Shown piece by piece: positions 40,201-52,356 of a DNA stretch of 64,000 nt (position 1 is its first letter; each line of letters starts with the position of its first letter). The stretch is from the human T2T-CHM13v2.0 reference genome, Homo sapiens: NCBI RefSeq assembly GCF_009914755.1, contig NC_060943.1, one strand, 5' to 3'. A model generated the notes under the pieces. The model worked only from the letters and a program-made list of their open reading frames with translations. It searched no databases and was not told the DNA's origin. The translations under genes were made by a program, and so were the position numbers.

Positions 40201-43200
40201 TGGTAGAATAGGAAATATCTTCCTATAGAAACTAGACAGAATGATTCTCAGAAACTCCTTTGTGATGTGTGCGTTCAACTCACAGAGTTCAACCTTTCTT
40301 TTCATAGAGCAGTTGGGAAACACTCTGTTTGTAAAGTCTGCAAGTGGATATTCAGACTTCTTTGAGGCCTTCTTTGGAAGCGGGATTTCTTCATGTTCTG
40401 CTAGACAGAAGAATTCTCAGAAACTTCCTTGTGTTGTGTGTTTTCAACTCACAGAGTTGAACGATCCTTTACACAGAGCAGACTTGAAACACTCCTTTTG
40501 TGGAATTTGCAAGTGGAGATTTCAGCCGCTTTGAGGTCAATGGTAGAATAGGAAATATCTTCCTATAGAAAGAAGACAGAATGATTCTCAGAAACTCCTT
40601 TGTGATGTGTGCGTTCAACTCACAGAGTTTAACCTTTCTTTTCATAGAGCAGTTAGGAAACACTCTGTTTGTAAAGTCTGCAAGTGGATATTCAGACCTC
40701 CTTGAGGCCTTCGTTGGAAGCGGGATTTCTTCATGTTCAGCTAGACAGAAGAATTCTCAGAAACTTCCTTGTGTTGTGTGTTTTCAACTCACAGAGTTGA
40801 ACGATCCTTTACACAGAACAGACTTGAAACACTCCTTTTGTGGAATTTGCAAGTGGAGATTTCAGCCGCTTTGAGGTCAATGGTAGAATAGGAAATATCT
40901 TCCTATAGAAACTAGACAGAATGATTCTCAGAAACTCCTTTGTGATGTGTGCGTTCAACTCACAGAGTTTAACATTTCTTTTCATAGAGCAGTTAGGAAA
41001 CACTCTGTTTGTAAAGTCTGCAAGTGGATATTCAGACATCCTTGAGGCTTTCGTTGGAAACGGGATTTCTTCATATTCTGCTAGAAAGAAGAATTCTCAG
41101 TAACTTCCTTGTGTTGTGTGTATTCAACTCACAGAGTTGAACGATCCTTTACACAGAGCAGACTTGAAACACTCTTTTTGTGGAATTTGCAAGTGGAGAT
41201 TTCAGCCGCTTTGAGTTCAATGGTAGAATAGGAAATATCTTCCTATAGAAACTAGACAGAATGATTCTCAGAAACTCCTTTGTGATGTGTGCGTTCAACT
41301 CACAGAGTTTAACCTTTCTTTTCATAGAGCAGTTGGGAAACACTCTGTTTGTAAAGTCTGCAAGTGGATATTCAGACATCTTTGAGGCTTTCGTTGGAAA
41401 CGGGATTTCTTCATATTCTGCTAGAAAGAAGAATTCTCAGTAACTTCCTTGTGTTGTGTGTATTCAACTCACAGAGTTGAACGATCCTTTACACAGAGCA
41501 GACTTGAAACACTCTTTTTGTGGAATTTGCAAGTGGAGATTTCAGCCGCTTTGAGTTCAATGGTAGAATAGGAAATATCTTCCTATAGAAACTAGACAGA
41601 ATGATTCTCAGAAACTCCTTTGTGATGTGTGCGTTCAACTCACAGAGTTCAACCTTTCTTTTAATAGAGCAGTTGGGAAACACTCTGTTTGTAAAGTCTG
41701 CAAGTGGATATTCAGACTTCTTTGAGGCCTTCGTTGGAAGCGGGATTTCTTCATATTCTGCTAGACAGAAGAATTCTCATAAACCTCCTTGTGTTGTGTG
41801 TATTCAACTCACAGAGTTGAACGACCCTTTACACAGAGCAGACTTGAAACACTCTTTTTGTGGAATTTGCAAGTGGAGATTTCAGCCGCTTTGAGGTCAA
41901 TGGTAGAATAGGAAATATCTTCCTATAGAAACTAGACAGAATGATTCTCAGAAACTCCTTTGTGATGTGTGCGTTCAACTCACAGAGTTTAACCTTTCTT
42001 TTCATAGAGCAGTTAGGAAACACTCTGTTTGTAAAGTCTGCAAGTGGATATTCAGACATCCTTGAGGCTTTCGTTGGAAACGGGATTTCTTCATATTCTG
42101 CTAGAAAGAAGAATTCTCAGTAACTTCCTTGTGTTGTGTGTATTCAACTCACAGAGTTGAACGATCCTTTACACAGAGCAGACTTGAAACACTCTTTTTG
42201 TGGAATTTGGAAGTGGAGATTTCAGCCGCTTTGAGTTCAATGGTAGAATAGGAAATATCTTCCTATAGAAACTAGACAGAATGATTCTCAGAAACTCCTT
42301 TGTGATGTGTGCGTTCAACTCACAGAGTTCAACCTTTCTTTTCATAGAGCAGTTGGGAAACACTCTGTTTGTAAAGTCTGCATGTGGATATTCAGACATC
42401 CTTGAGGCTTTCGTTGGAAACGGGATTTCTTCATATTCTGCTAGAAAGAAGAATTCTCAGTAACTTCCTTGTGTTGTGTGTTTTCAACTCACAGAGTTGA
42501 ACGATCCTTTACACAGAGCAGACTTGAAACACTCCTTTTGTGGAATTTGCAAGTGGAGATTTCAGCCGCTTTGAGGTCAATGGTAGAATAGGAAATATCT
42601 TCCTATAGAAAGTAGACAGAATGATTCTCAGAAACTCCTTTGTGATGTGTGCGTTCAACTCACAGAGTTTAACCTTTCTTTTCATAGAGCAGTTAGGAAA
42701 CACTCTGTTTGTAAAGTCTGCAAGTGGATATTCAGACCTCCTTGAGGCCTTCGTTGGAAACGGGATTTCTTCATATTATGCTAGACAGAAGAATTCTCAG
42801 TAACTTCCTTGTGTTGTGTGTATTCAACAAACAGAGTTGAACGATCCTTTACACAGAGCAGACTTGAAACACTCTTTTTGTGGAATTTGCAAGTGGAGAT
42901 TTCAGCCGCTTTGAGTTCAATGGTAGTATAGGAAATATCTTCCTATAGAAACTAGACAGAATGATTCTCAGAAACTCCTTTGTGATGTGTGCGTTCAACT
43001 CACAGAGTTCAACCTTTCTTTTAATAGAGCAGTTGGGAAACACTCTGTTTGTAAAGTCTGCAAGTGGATATTCAGACTTCTTTGAGGCCTTCGTTGGAAG
43101 CGGGATTTCTTCATATTCTGCTAGACAGAAGAATTCTCAGTAACTTCCTTGTGTTGTGTGTATTCAACTCACAGAGTTGAACGATCCTTTACACAAAGCA

Positions 43201-43518
43201 GACTTGAAACACTCTTTTTGTGGAATTTGCAAGTGGAGATTTCAGCCGCTTTGAGGTCAATGGTAGAATAGGAAATATCTTCCTATAGAAAGTAGACAGA
43301 ATGATTCTCAGAAACTCCTTTGTGATGTGTGCGTTCAACTCACAGAGTTTAACCTTTCTTTTCATAAAGCAGTTAGGAAACACTCTGTTTGTAAAGTCTG
43401 CAAGTGGATATTCAGACATCCTTGAGGCTTTCGTTGGAAACGGGATTTCTTCATATTCTGCTAGAAAGAAGAATTCTCAGTAACTTCCTTGTGTTGTGTG
43501 TATTCAACTCACAGAGTT
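31279..43518 (+). repeat. Tandem duplication of an 18-dimer (6120-bp) unit: 31279-37398 and 37399-43518
   Basis: CTAGGCAG, GAAGTC+CACAC, GAGTAGTTGGAAAA+ACTGCC and TTACCC, followed by dimers 4-15 of the 15-dimer series, all recur at +6120. Confidence 0.88.
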
Positions 43519-46500
43519 GAACGATCCTTTACACAGAGCAGACTTGAAACACTCTTTTTGTGGAATTTGCAAGTGGAGATTTCAGCCGCTTTGAGGTCAA
43601 TGGTAGAATAGGAAATATCTTCCTATAGAAACTAGACAGAATGATTCTCAGAAACTCCTTTGTGATGTGTGCGTTCAACTCACAGAGTTTAACCTTTCTT
43701 TTCATAGCGCAGTTGGGAAACACTCTGTTTGTAAAGTCTGCAAGTGGATATTCAGACATCCTTGAGGCTTTCGTTGGAAACGGGATTTCTTCATATTCTG
43801 CTAGAAAGAAGAATTCTCAGTAACTTCCTTGTGTTGTGTGTATTCAACTCACAGAGTTGAACGATCCTTTACACAGAGCAGACTTGAAACACTCTTTTTG
43901 TGGAATTTGCAAGTGGAGATTTCAGCCGCTTTGAGGTCAATGGTAGAATAGGAAATATCTTCCTATAGAAACTAGACAGAATGATTCTCAGAAACTCCTT
44001 TGTGATGTGTGCGTTCAACTCACAGAGTTTAACCTTTCTTTTCATAGAGCAGTTGGGAAACACTCTGTTTGTAAAGTCTGCAAGCGGATATTCAGACATC
44101 CTTGAGGCTTTCGTTGGAAACGGGATTTCTTCATATTCTGCTAGAAAGAAGAATTCTCAGTAACTTCCTTGTGTTGTGTGTATTCAACTCACAGAGTTGA
44201 ACGATCCTTTACACAGAGCAGACTTGAAACACTCTTTTTGCGGAATTTGCAAGTGGAGATTTCAGCCGCTTTGAGGTCAATGGTAGAATAGGAAATATCT
44301 TCCTATAGAAACTAGACAGAATGATTCTCAGAAACTCCTTTGTGATGTGTGCGTTCAACTCACACAGTTTAACCTTTCTTTTCATAGAGCAGTTGGGAAA
44401 CACTCTGTTTGTAAAGTCTGCAAGTGGATATTCAGACCTCCTTGAGGCCTTCGTTGGAAACGGGATTTCTTCATATTATGCTAGACAGAAGAATTCTCAG
44501 TAACTTCCTTGTGTTGTGTGTATTCAACTCACAGAGTTGAACGATCCTTTACACACAGCAGACTTGAAACACTCTTTTTGTGGAACTTGCAAGTGGAGAT
44601 TTCAGCCGCTTTGAGTTCAATGGTAGAATAGGAAATATCTTCCTATAGAAACTAGACAGAATGATTCTCAGAAACTCCTTTGTGATGTGTGCGTTCAACT
44701 CACAGAGTTCAACCTTTCTTTTCATAGAGCAGTTGGGAAACACTCTGTTTCTAAAGTCTGCAAGTGGATATTCAGACTTCTTTGAGGCCTTCGTTGGAAG
44801 CGGGATTTCTTCATGTTCTGCTAGACAGAAGAATTCTCAGAAACTTCCTTGTGTTGTGTGTTTTCAACTCACAGAGTTGAACGATCCTTTACACAGAGCA
44901 GACTTGAAACACTCCTTTTGTGGAATTTGCAAGTGGAGATTTCAGCCGCTTTGAGGTCAATGGTAGAATAGGAAATATCTTCCTATAGAAAGTAGACAGA
45001 ATGATTCTCAGAAACTCCTTTGTGATGTGTGCGTTCAACTCACAGAGTTTAACCTTTCTTTTCATAGAGCAGTTAGGAAACACTCTGTTTGTAAAGTCTG
45101 CAAGTGGATATTCAGACCTCCTTGAGGCCTTCGTTGGAAACGGGATTTCTTCATATTATGCTAGACAGAAGAATTCTCAGTAACTTTCTTGTGTTGTGTG
45201 TATTCAACTCACAGAGTTGAACGATCCTTTACACAGAGCAGACTTGAAACACTCTTTTTGTGGAATTTGCAAGTGGAGATTTCAGCCGCTTTGAGGTCAA
45301 TGGTAGAATAGGAAATATCTTCCTATAGAAACTAGACAGAATGATTCTCAGAAACTCCTTTGTGATGTGTGCGTTCAACTCACAGAGTTCAACCTTTCTT
45401 TTCATAGAGCAGTTGGGAAACACTCTGTTTGTAAAGTCTGCAAGTGGATATTCAGACTTCTTTGAGGCCTTCTTTGGAAGCGGGATTTCTTCATGTTCTG
45501 CTAGACAGAAGAATTCTCAGAAACTTCCTTGTGTTGTGTGTTTTCAACTCACAGAGTTGAACGATCCTTTACACAGAGCAGACTTGAAACACTCCTTTTG
45601 TGGAATTTGCAAGTGGAGATTTCAGCCGCTTTGAGGTCAATGGTAGAATAGGAAATATCTTCCTATAGAAAGAAGACAGAATGATTCTCAGAAACTCCTT
45701 TGTGATGTGTGCGTTCAACTCACAGAGTTTAACCTTTCTTTTCATAGAGCAGTTAGGAAACACTCTGTTTGTAAAGTCTGCAAGTGGATACTCAGACCTC
45801 CTTGAGGCCTTCGTTGGAAGCGGGATTTCTTCATGTTCAGCTAGACAGAAGAATTCTCAGAAACTTCCTTGTGTTGTGTGTTTTCAACTCACAGAGTTGA
45901 ACGATCCTTTACACAGAACAGACTTGAAACACTCCTTTTGTGGAATTTGCAAGTGGAGATTTCAGCCGCTTTGAGGTCAATGGTAGAATAGGAAATATCT
46001 TCCTATAGAAACTAGACAGAATGATTCTCAGAAACTCCTTTGTGATGTGTGCGTTCAACTCACAGAGTTTAACATTTCTTTTCATAGAGCAGTTAGGAAA
46101 CACTCTGTTTGTAAAGTCTGCAAGTGGATATTCAGACATCCTTGAGGCTTTCGTTGGAAACGGGATTTCTTCATATTCTGCTAGAAAGAAGAATTCTCAG
46201 TAACTTCCTTGTGTTGTGTGTATTCAACTCACAGAGTTGAACGATCCTTTACACAGAGCAGACTTGAAACACTCTTTTTGTGGAATTTGCAAGTGGAGAT
46301 TTCAGCCGCTTTGAGTTCAATGTTAGAATAGGAAATATCTTCCTATAGAAACTAGACAGAATGATTCTCAGAAACTCCTTTGTGATGTGTGCGTTCAACT
46401 CACAGAGTTTAACCTTTCTTTTCATAGAGCAGTTGGGAAACACTCTGTTTGTAAAGTCTGCAAGTGGATATTCAGACATCTTTGAGGCTTTCGTTGGAAA

Positions 46501-48616
46501 CGGGATTTCTTCATATTCTGCTAGAAAGAAGAATTCTCAGTAACTTCCTTGTGTTGTGTGTATTCAACTCACAGAGTTGAACGATCCTTTACACAGAGCA
46601 GACTTGAAACACTCTTTTTGTGGAATTTGCAAGTGGAGATTTCAGCCGCTTTGAGTTCAATGGTAGAATAGGAAATATCTTCCTATAGAAACTAGACAGA
46701 ATGATTCTCAGAAACTCCTTTGTGATGTGTGCGTTCAACTCACAGAGTTCAACCTTTCTTTTAATAGAGCAGTTGGGAAACACTCTGTTTGTAAAGTCTG
46801 CAAGTGGATATTCAGACTTCTTTGAGGCCTTCGTTGGAAGCGGGATTTCTTCATATTCTGCTAGACAGAAGAATTCTCATAAACCTCCTTGTGTTGTGTG
46901 TATTCAACTCACAGAGTTGAACGACCCTTTACACAGAGCAGACTTGAAACACTCTTTTTGTGGAATTTGCAAGTGGAGATTTCAGCCGCTTTGAGGTCAA
47001 TGGTAGAATAGGAAATATCTTCCTATAGAAACTAGACAGAATGATTCTCAGAAACTCCTTTGTGATGTGTGCGTTCAACTCACAGAGTTTAACCTTTCTT
47101 TTCATAGAGCAGTTAGGAAACACTCTGTTTGTAAAGTCTGCAAGTGGATATTCAGACATCCTTGAGGCTTTCATTGGAAACGGGATTTCTTCATATTCTG
47201 CTAGAAAGAAGAATTCTCAGTAACTTCCTTGTGTTGTGTGTATTCAACTCACAGAGTTGAACGATCCTTTACACAGAGCAGACTTGAAACACTCTTTTTG
47301 TGGAATTTGGAAGTGGAGATTTCAGCCGCTTTGAGTTCAATGGTAGAATAGGAAATATCTTCCTATAGAAACTAGACAGAATGATTCTCAGAAACTCCTT
47401 TGTGATGTGTGCGTTCAACTCACAGAGTTTAACCTTTCTTTTCATAGAGCAGTTGGGAAACACTCTGTTTGTAAAGTCTGCATGTGGATATTCAGACATC
47501 CTTGAGGCTTTCGTTGGAAACGGGATTTCTTCATATTCTGCTAGAAAGAAGAATTCTCAGTAACTTCCTTGTGTTGTGTGTTTTCAACTCACAGAGTTGA
47601 ACGATCCTTTACACAGAGCAGACTTGAAACACTCCTTTTGTGGAATTTGCAAGTGGAGATTTCAGCCGCTTTGAGGTCAATGGTAGAATAGGAAATATCT
47701 TCCTATAGAAAGTAGACAGAATGATTCTCAGAAACTCCTTTGTGATGTGTGCGTTCAACTCACAGAGTTTAACCTTTCTTTTCATAGAGCAGTTAGGAAA
47801 CACTCTGTTTGTAAAGTCTGCAAGTGGATATTCAGACCTCCTTGAGGCCTTCGTTGGAAACGGGATTTCTTCATATTATGCTAGACAGAAGAATTCTCAG
47901 TAACTTCCTTGTGTTGTGTGTATTCAACTCACAGAGTTGAACGATCCTTTACACAGAGCAGACTTGAAACACTCTTTTTGTGGAATTTGCAAGTGGAGAT
48001 TTCAGCCGCTTTGAGTTCAATGGTAGTATAGGAAATATCTTCCTATAGAAACTAGACAGAATGATTCTCAGAAACTCCTTTGTGATGTGTGCGTTCAACT
48101 CACAGAGTTCAACCTTTCTTTTAATAGAGCAGTTGGGAAACACTCTGTTTGTAAAGTCTGCAAGTGGATATTCAGACTTCTTTGAGGCCTTCGTTGGAAG
48201 CGGGATTTCTTCATATTCTGCTAGACAGAAGAATTCTCAGTAACTTCCTTGTGTTGTGTGTATTCAACTCACAGAGTTGAACGATCCTTTACACAAAGCA
48301 GACTTGAAACACTCTTTTTGTGGAATTTGCAAGTGGAGATTTCAGCCGCTTTGAGGTCAATGGTAGAATAGGAAATATCTTCCTATAGAAAGTAGACAGA
48401 ATGATTCTCAGAAACTCCTTTGTGATGTGTGCGTTCAACTCACAGAGTTTAACCTTTCTTTTCATAGAGCAGTTAGGAAACACTGTTTGTAAAGTCTGCA
48501 AGTGGATATTCAGACATCCTTGAGGCTTTCGTTGGAAACGGGATTTCTTCATATTCTGCTAGAAAGAAGAATTCTCAGTAACTTCCTTGTGTTGTGTGTA
48601 TTCAACTCACAGAGTT
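43519..48616 (+). repeat. 15-dimer super-repeat, complete copy (5098 bp); sister of 25841-30938
   Basis: Same order, with TTCATTGG (47173) and the same CT deletion (about 48484), at offset 17678. Confidence 0.9.
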
Positions 48617-51600
48617 GAACGATCCTTTACACAGAGCAGACTTGAAACACTCTTTTTGCGGAATTTGCAAGTGGAGATTTCAGCCGCTTTGAGGTCAATG
48701 GTAGAATAGGAAATATCTTCCTATAGAAACTAGACAGAATGATTCTCAGAAACTCCTTTGTGATGTGTGCATTCAACTCACAGAGTTTAACCTTTCTTTT
48801 CATAGCGCAGTTGGGAAACACTCTGTTTGTAAAGTCTGCAAGTGGATATTCAGACATCCTTGAGGCTTTCGTTGGAAACGGGATTTCTTCATATTCTGCT
48901 AGAAAGAAGAATTCTCAGTAACTTCCTTGTGTTGTGTGTATTCAACTCACAGAGTTGAACGATCCTTTACACAGAGCAGACTTGAAACACTCTTTTTGTG
49001 GAATTTGCAAGTGGAGATTTCAGCCGCTTTGAGGTCAATGGTAGAATAGGAAATATCTTCCTATAGAAACTAGACAGAATGATTCTCAGAAACTCCTTTG
49101 TGATGTGTGCGTTCAACTCACAGAGTTTAACCTTTCTTTTCATAGAGCAGTTGGGAAACACTCTGTTTGTAAAGTCTGCAAGTGGATATTCAGACATCCT
49201 TGAGGCTTTCGTTGGAAACGGGATTTCTTCATATTCTGCTAGAAAGAAGAATTCTCAGTAACTTCCTTGTGTTGTGTGTATTCAACTCACAGAGTTGAAC
49301 GATCCTTTACACAGAGCAGACTTGAAACACTCTTTTTGCGGAATTTGCAAGTGGAGATTTCAGCCGCTTTGAGGTCAATGGTAGAATAGGAAATATCTTC
49401 CTATAGAAACTAGACAGAATGATTCTCAGAAACTCCTTTGTGATGTGTGCGTTCAACTCACACAGTTTAACCTTTCTTTTCATAGAGCAGTTGGGAAACA
49501 CTCTGTTTGTAAAGTCTGCAAGTGGATATTCAGACCTCCTTGAGGCCTTCGTTGGAAACGGGATTTCTTCATATTATGCTAGGCAGAAGAATTCTCAGTA
49601 ACTTCCTTGTGTTGTGTGTATTCAACTCACAGAGTTGAACGATCCTTTACACAGAGCAGACTTGAAAGACTCTTTTTGTGGAATTTGCAAGTGGAGATTT
49701 CAGCCGCTTTGAAGTCAATGGTAGAATAGGAAATATCTTCCTATAGAAACTAGACAGAATGATTCTCAGAAACTCCTTTGTGATGTGTGCGTTCAACTCA
49801 CACAGTTTAACCTTTCTTTTCATAGAGCAGTTAGGAAACACTCTGTTTGTAAAGTCTGCAAGTGGATATTCAGACCTCCTTGAGGCCTTCGTTGGAAACG
49901 GGATTTCTTCATATTATGCTAGACAGAAGAATTCTCAGTAACTTCCTTGTGTTGTGTGTATTCAACTCACAGAGTTGAATGATCCTTTACACAGAGCAGA
50001 CTTGAAACACTCTTTTTGTGGAATTTGCAAGTGGAGATTTCAGCCGCTTTGAGGTCAATGGTAGAATAGGAAATATCTTCCTATAGAAACTAGACAGAAT
50101 GATTCTCAGAAACTCCTTTGTGATGTGTGCGTTCAACTCACAGAGTTCAACCTTTCTTTTCATAGAGTAGTTGGAAAACACTCTGTTTGTAAAGTCTGCA
50201 AGTGGATATTCAGACTTCTTTGAGGCCTTCGTTGGAAGCGGGATTTCTTCATATTCTGCTAGACAGAAGAATTCTCAGTAACTGCCTTGTGTTGTGTGTA
50301 TTCAACTCACAGAGTTGAACGATCCTTTACACAGAGCAGACTTGAAACACTCTTTTTGTGGAATTTGCAAGTGGAGATTTCAGCCGCTTTGAGGTCAATG
50401 GTAGAATAGGAAATATCTTCCTATAGAAACTAGACAGAATGATTCTCAGAAACTCCTTTGTGATGTGTGCGTTCAACTCACAGAGTTTACCCTTTCTTTT
50501 CATAGAGCAGTTAGGAAACACTCTGTTTGTAAAGTCTGCAAGTGGATATTCAGACCTCCTTGAGGCCTTCGTTGGAAACGGGATTTCTTCATATTATGCT
50601 AGACAGAAGAATTCTCAGTAACTTCCTTGTGTTGTGTGTATTCAACTCACAGAGTTGAACGATCCTTTACACAGAGCAGACTTGAAACACTCTTTTTGTG
50701 GAATTTGCAAGTGGAGATTTCAGCCGCTTTGAAGTCAATGGTAGAATAGGAAATATCTTCCTATAGAAACTAGACAGAATGATTCTCAGAAACTCCTTTG
50801 TGATGTGTGCGTTCAACTCACAGAGTTTAACCTTTCTTTTCATAGAGCAGTTAGGAAACACTCTGTTTGTAAAGTCTGCAAGTGGATATTCAGACCTCCT
50901 TGAGGCCTTCGTTGGAAACGGGATTTCTTCATATTATGCTAGACAGAAGAATTCTCAGTAACTTCCTTGTGTTGTGTGTATTCAACTCACAGAGTTGAAC
51001 GATCCTTTACACAGAGCAGACTTGAAACACTCTTTTTGTGGAATTTGCAAGTGGAGATTTCAGCCGCTTTGAGGTCAATGGTAGAATAGGAAATATCTTC
51101 CTATAGAAACTAGACAGAATGATTCTCAGAAACTCCTTTGTGATGTGTGCGTTCAACTCACAGAGTTCAACCTTTCTTTTCATAGAGCAGTTGGGAAACA
51201 CTCTGTTTGTAAAGTCTGCAAGTGGATATTCAGACTTCTTTGAGGCCTTCGTTGGAAGCGGGATTTCTTCATGTTCTGCTAGAAAGAAGAATTCTCAGAA
51301 ACTTCCTTGTGTTGTGTGTTTTCAACTCACAGAGTTGAACGATCCTTTACACAGAGCAGACTTGAAACACTCCTTTTGTGGAATTTGCAAGTGGAGATTT
51401 CAGCCGCTTTGAGGTCAATGGTAGAATAGGAAATATCTTCCTATAGAAAGTAGACAGAATGATTCTCAGAAACTCCTTTGTGATGTGTGCGTTCAACTCA
51501 CAGAGTTTAACCTTTCTTTTCATAGAGCAGTTAGGAAACACTCTGTTTGTAAAGTCTGCAAGTGGATATTCAGACCTCCTTGAGGCCTTCGTTGGAAACG

Positions 51601-52356
51601 GGATTTCTTCATATTATGCTAGACAGAAGAATTCTCAGTAACTTCCTTGTGTTGTGTGTATTCAACTCACAGAGTTGAACGATCCTTTACACAGAGCAGA
51701 CTTGAAACACTCTTTTTGTGGAATTTGCAAGTGGAGATTTCAGCCGCTTTGAGGTCAATGGTAGAATAGGAAATATCTTCCTATAGAAACTAGACAGAAT
51801 GATTCTCAGAAACTCCTTTGTGATGTGTGCGTTCAACTCACAGAGTTCAACCTTTCTTTTCATAGAGCAGTTGGAAAACACTCTGTTTGTAAAGTCTGCA
51901 AGTGGATATTCAAACTTCTTTGAGGCCTTCGTTGGAAGCGGGATTTCTTCATATTCTGCTAGACAGAAGAATTCTCAGTAACTGCCTTGTGTTGTGTGTA
52001 TTCAACTCACAGAGTTGAACGATCCTTTACACAGAGCAGACTTGAAACACTCTTTTTGTGGAATTTGCAAGTGGAGATTTCAGCCGCTTTGAGGTCAATG
52101 GTAGAATAGGAAATATCTTCCTATAGAAACTAGACAGAATGATTCTCAGAAACTCCTTTGTGATGTGTGCGTTCAACTCACAGAGTTTAACCTTTCTTTT
52201 CATAGAGCAGTTGGGAAACACTCTGTTTGTAAAGTCTGCATGTGGATATTCAGACATCCTTGAGGCTTTCGTTGGAAACGGGATTTCTTCATATTCTGCT
52301 AGAAAGAAGAATTCTCAGTAACTTCCTTGTGTTGTGTGTTTTCAACTCACAGAGTT

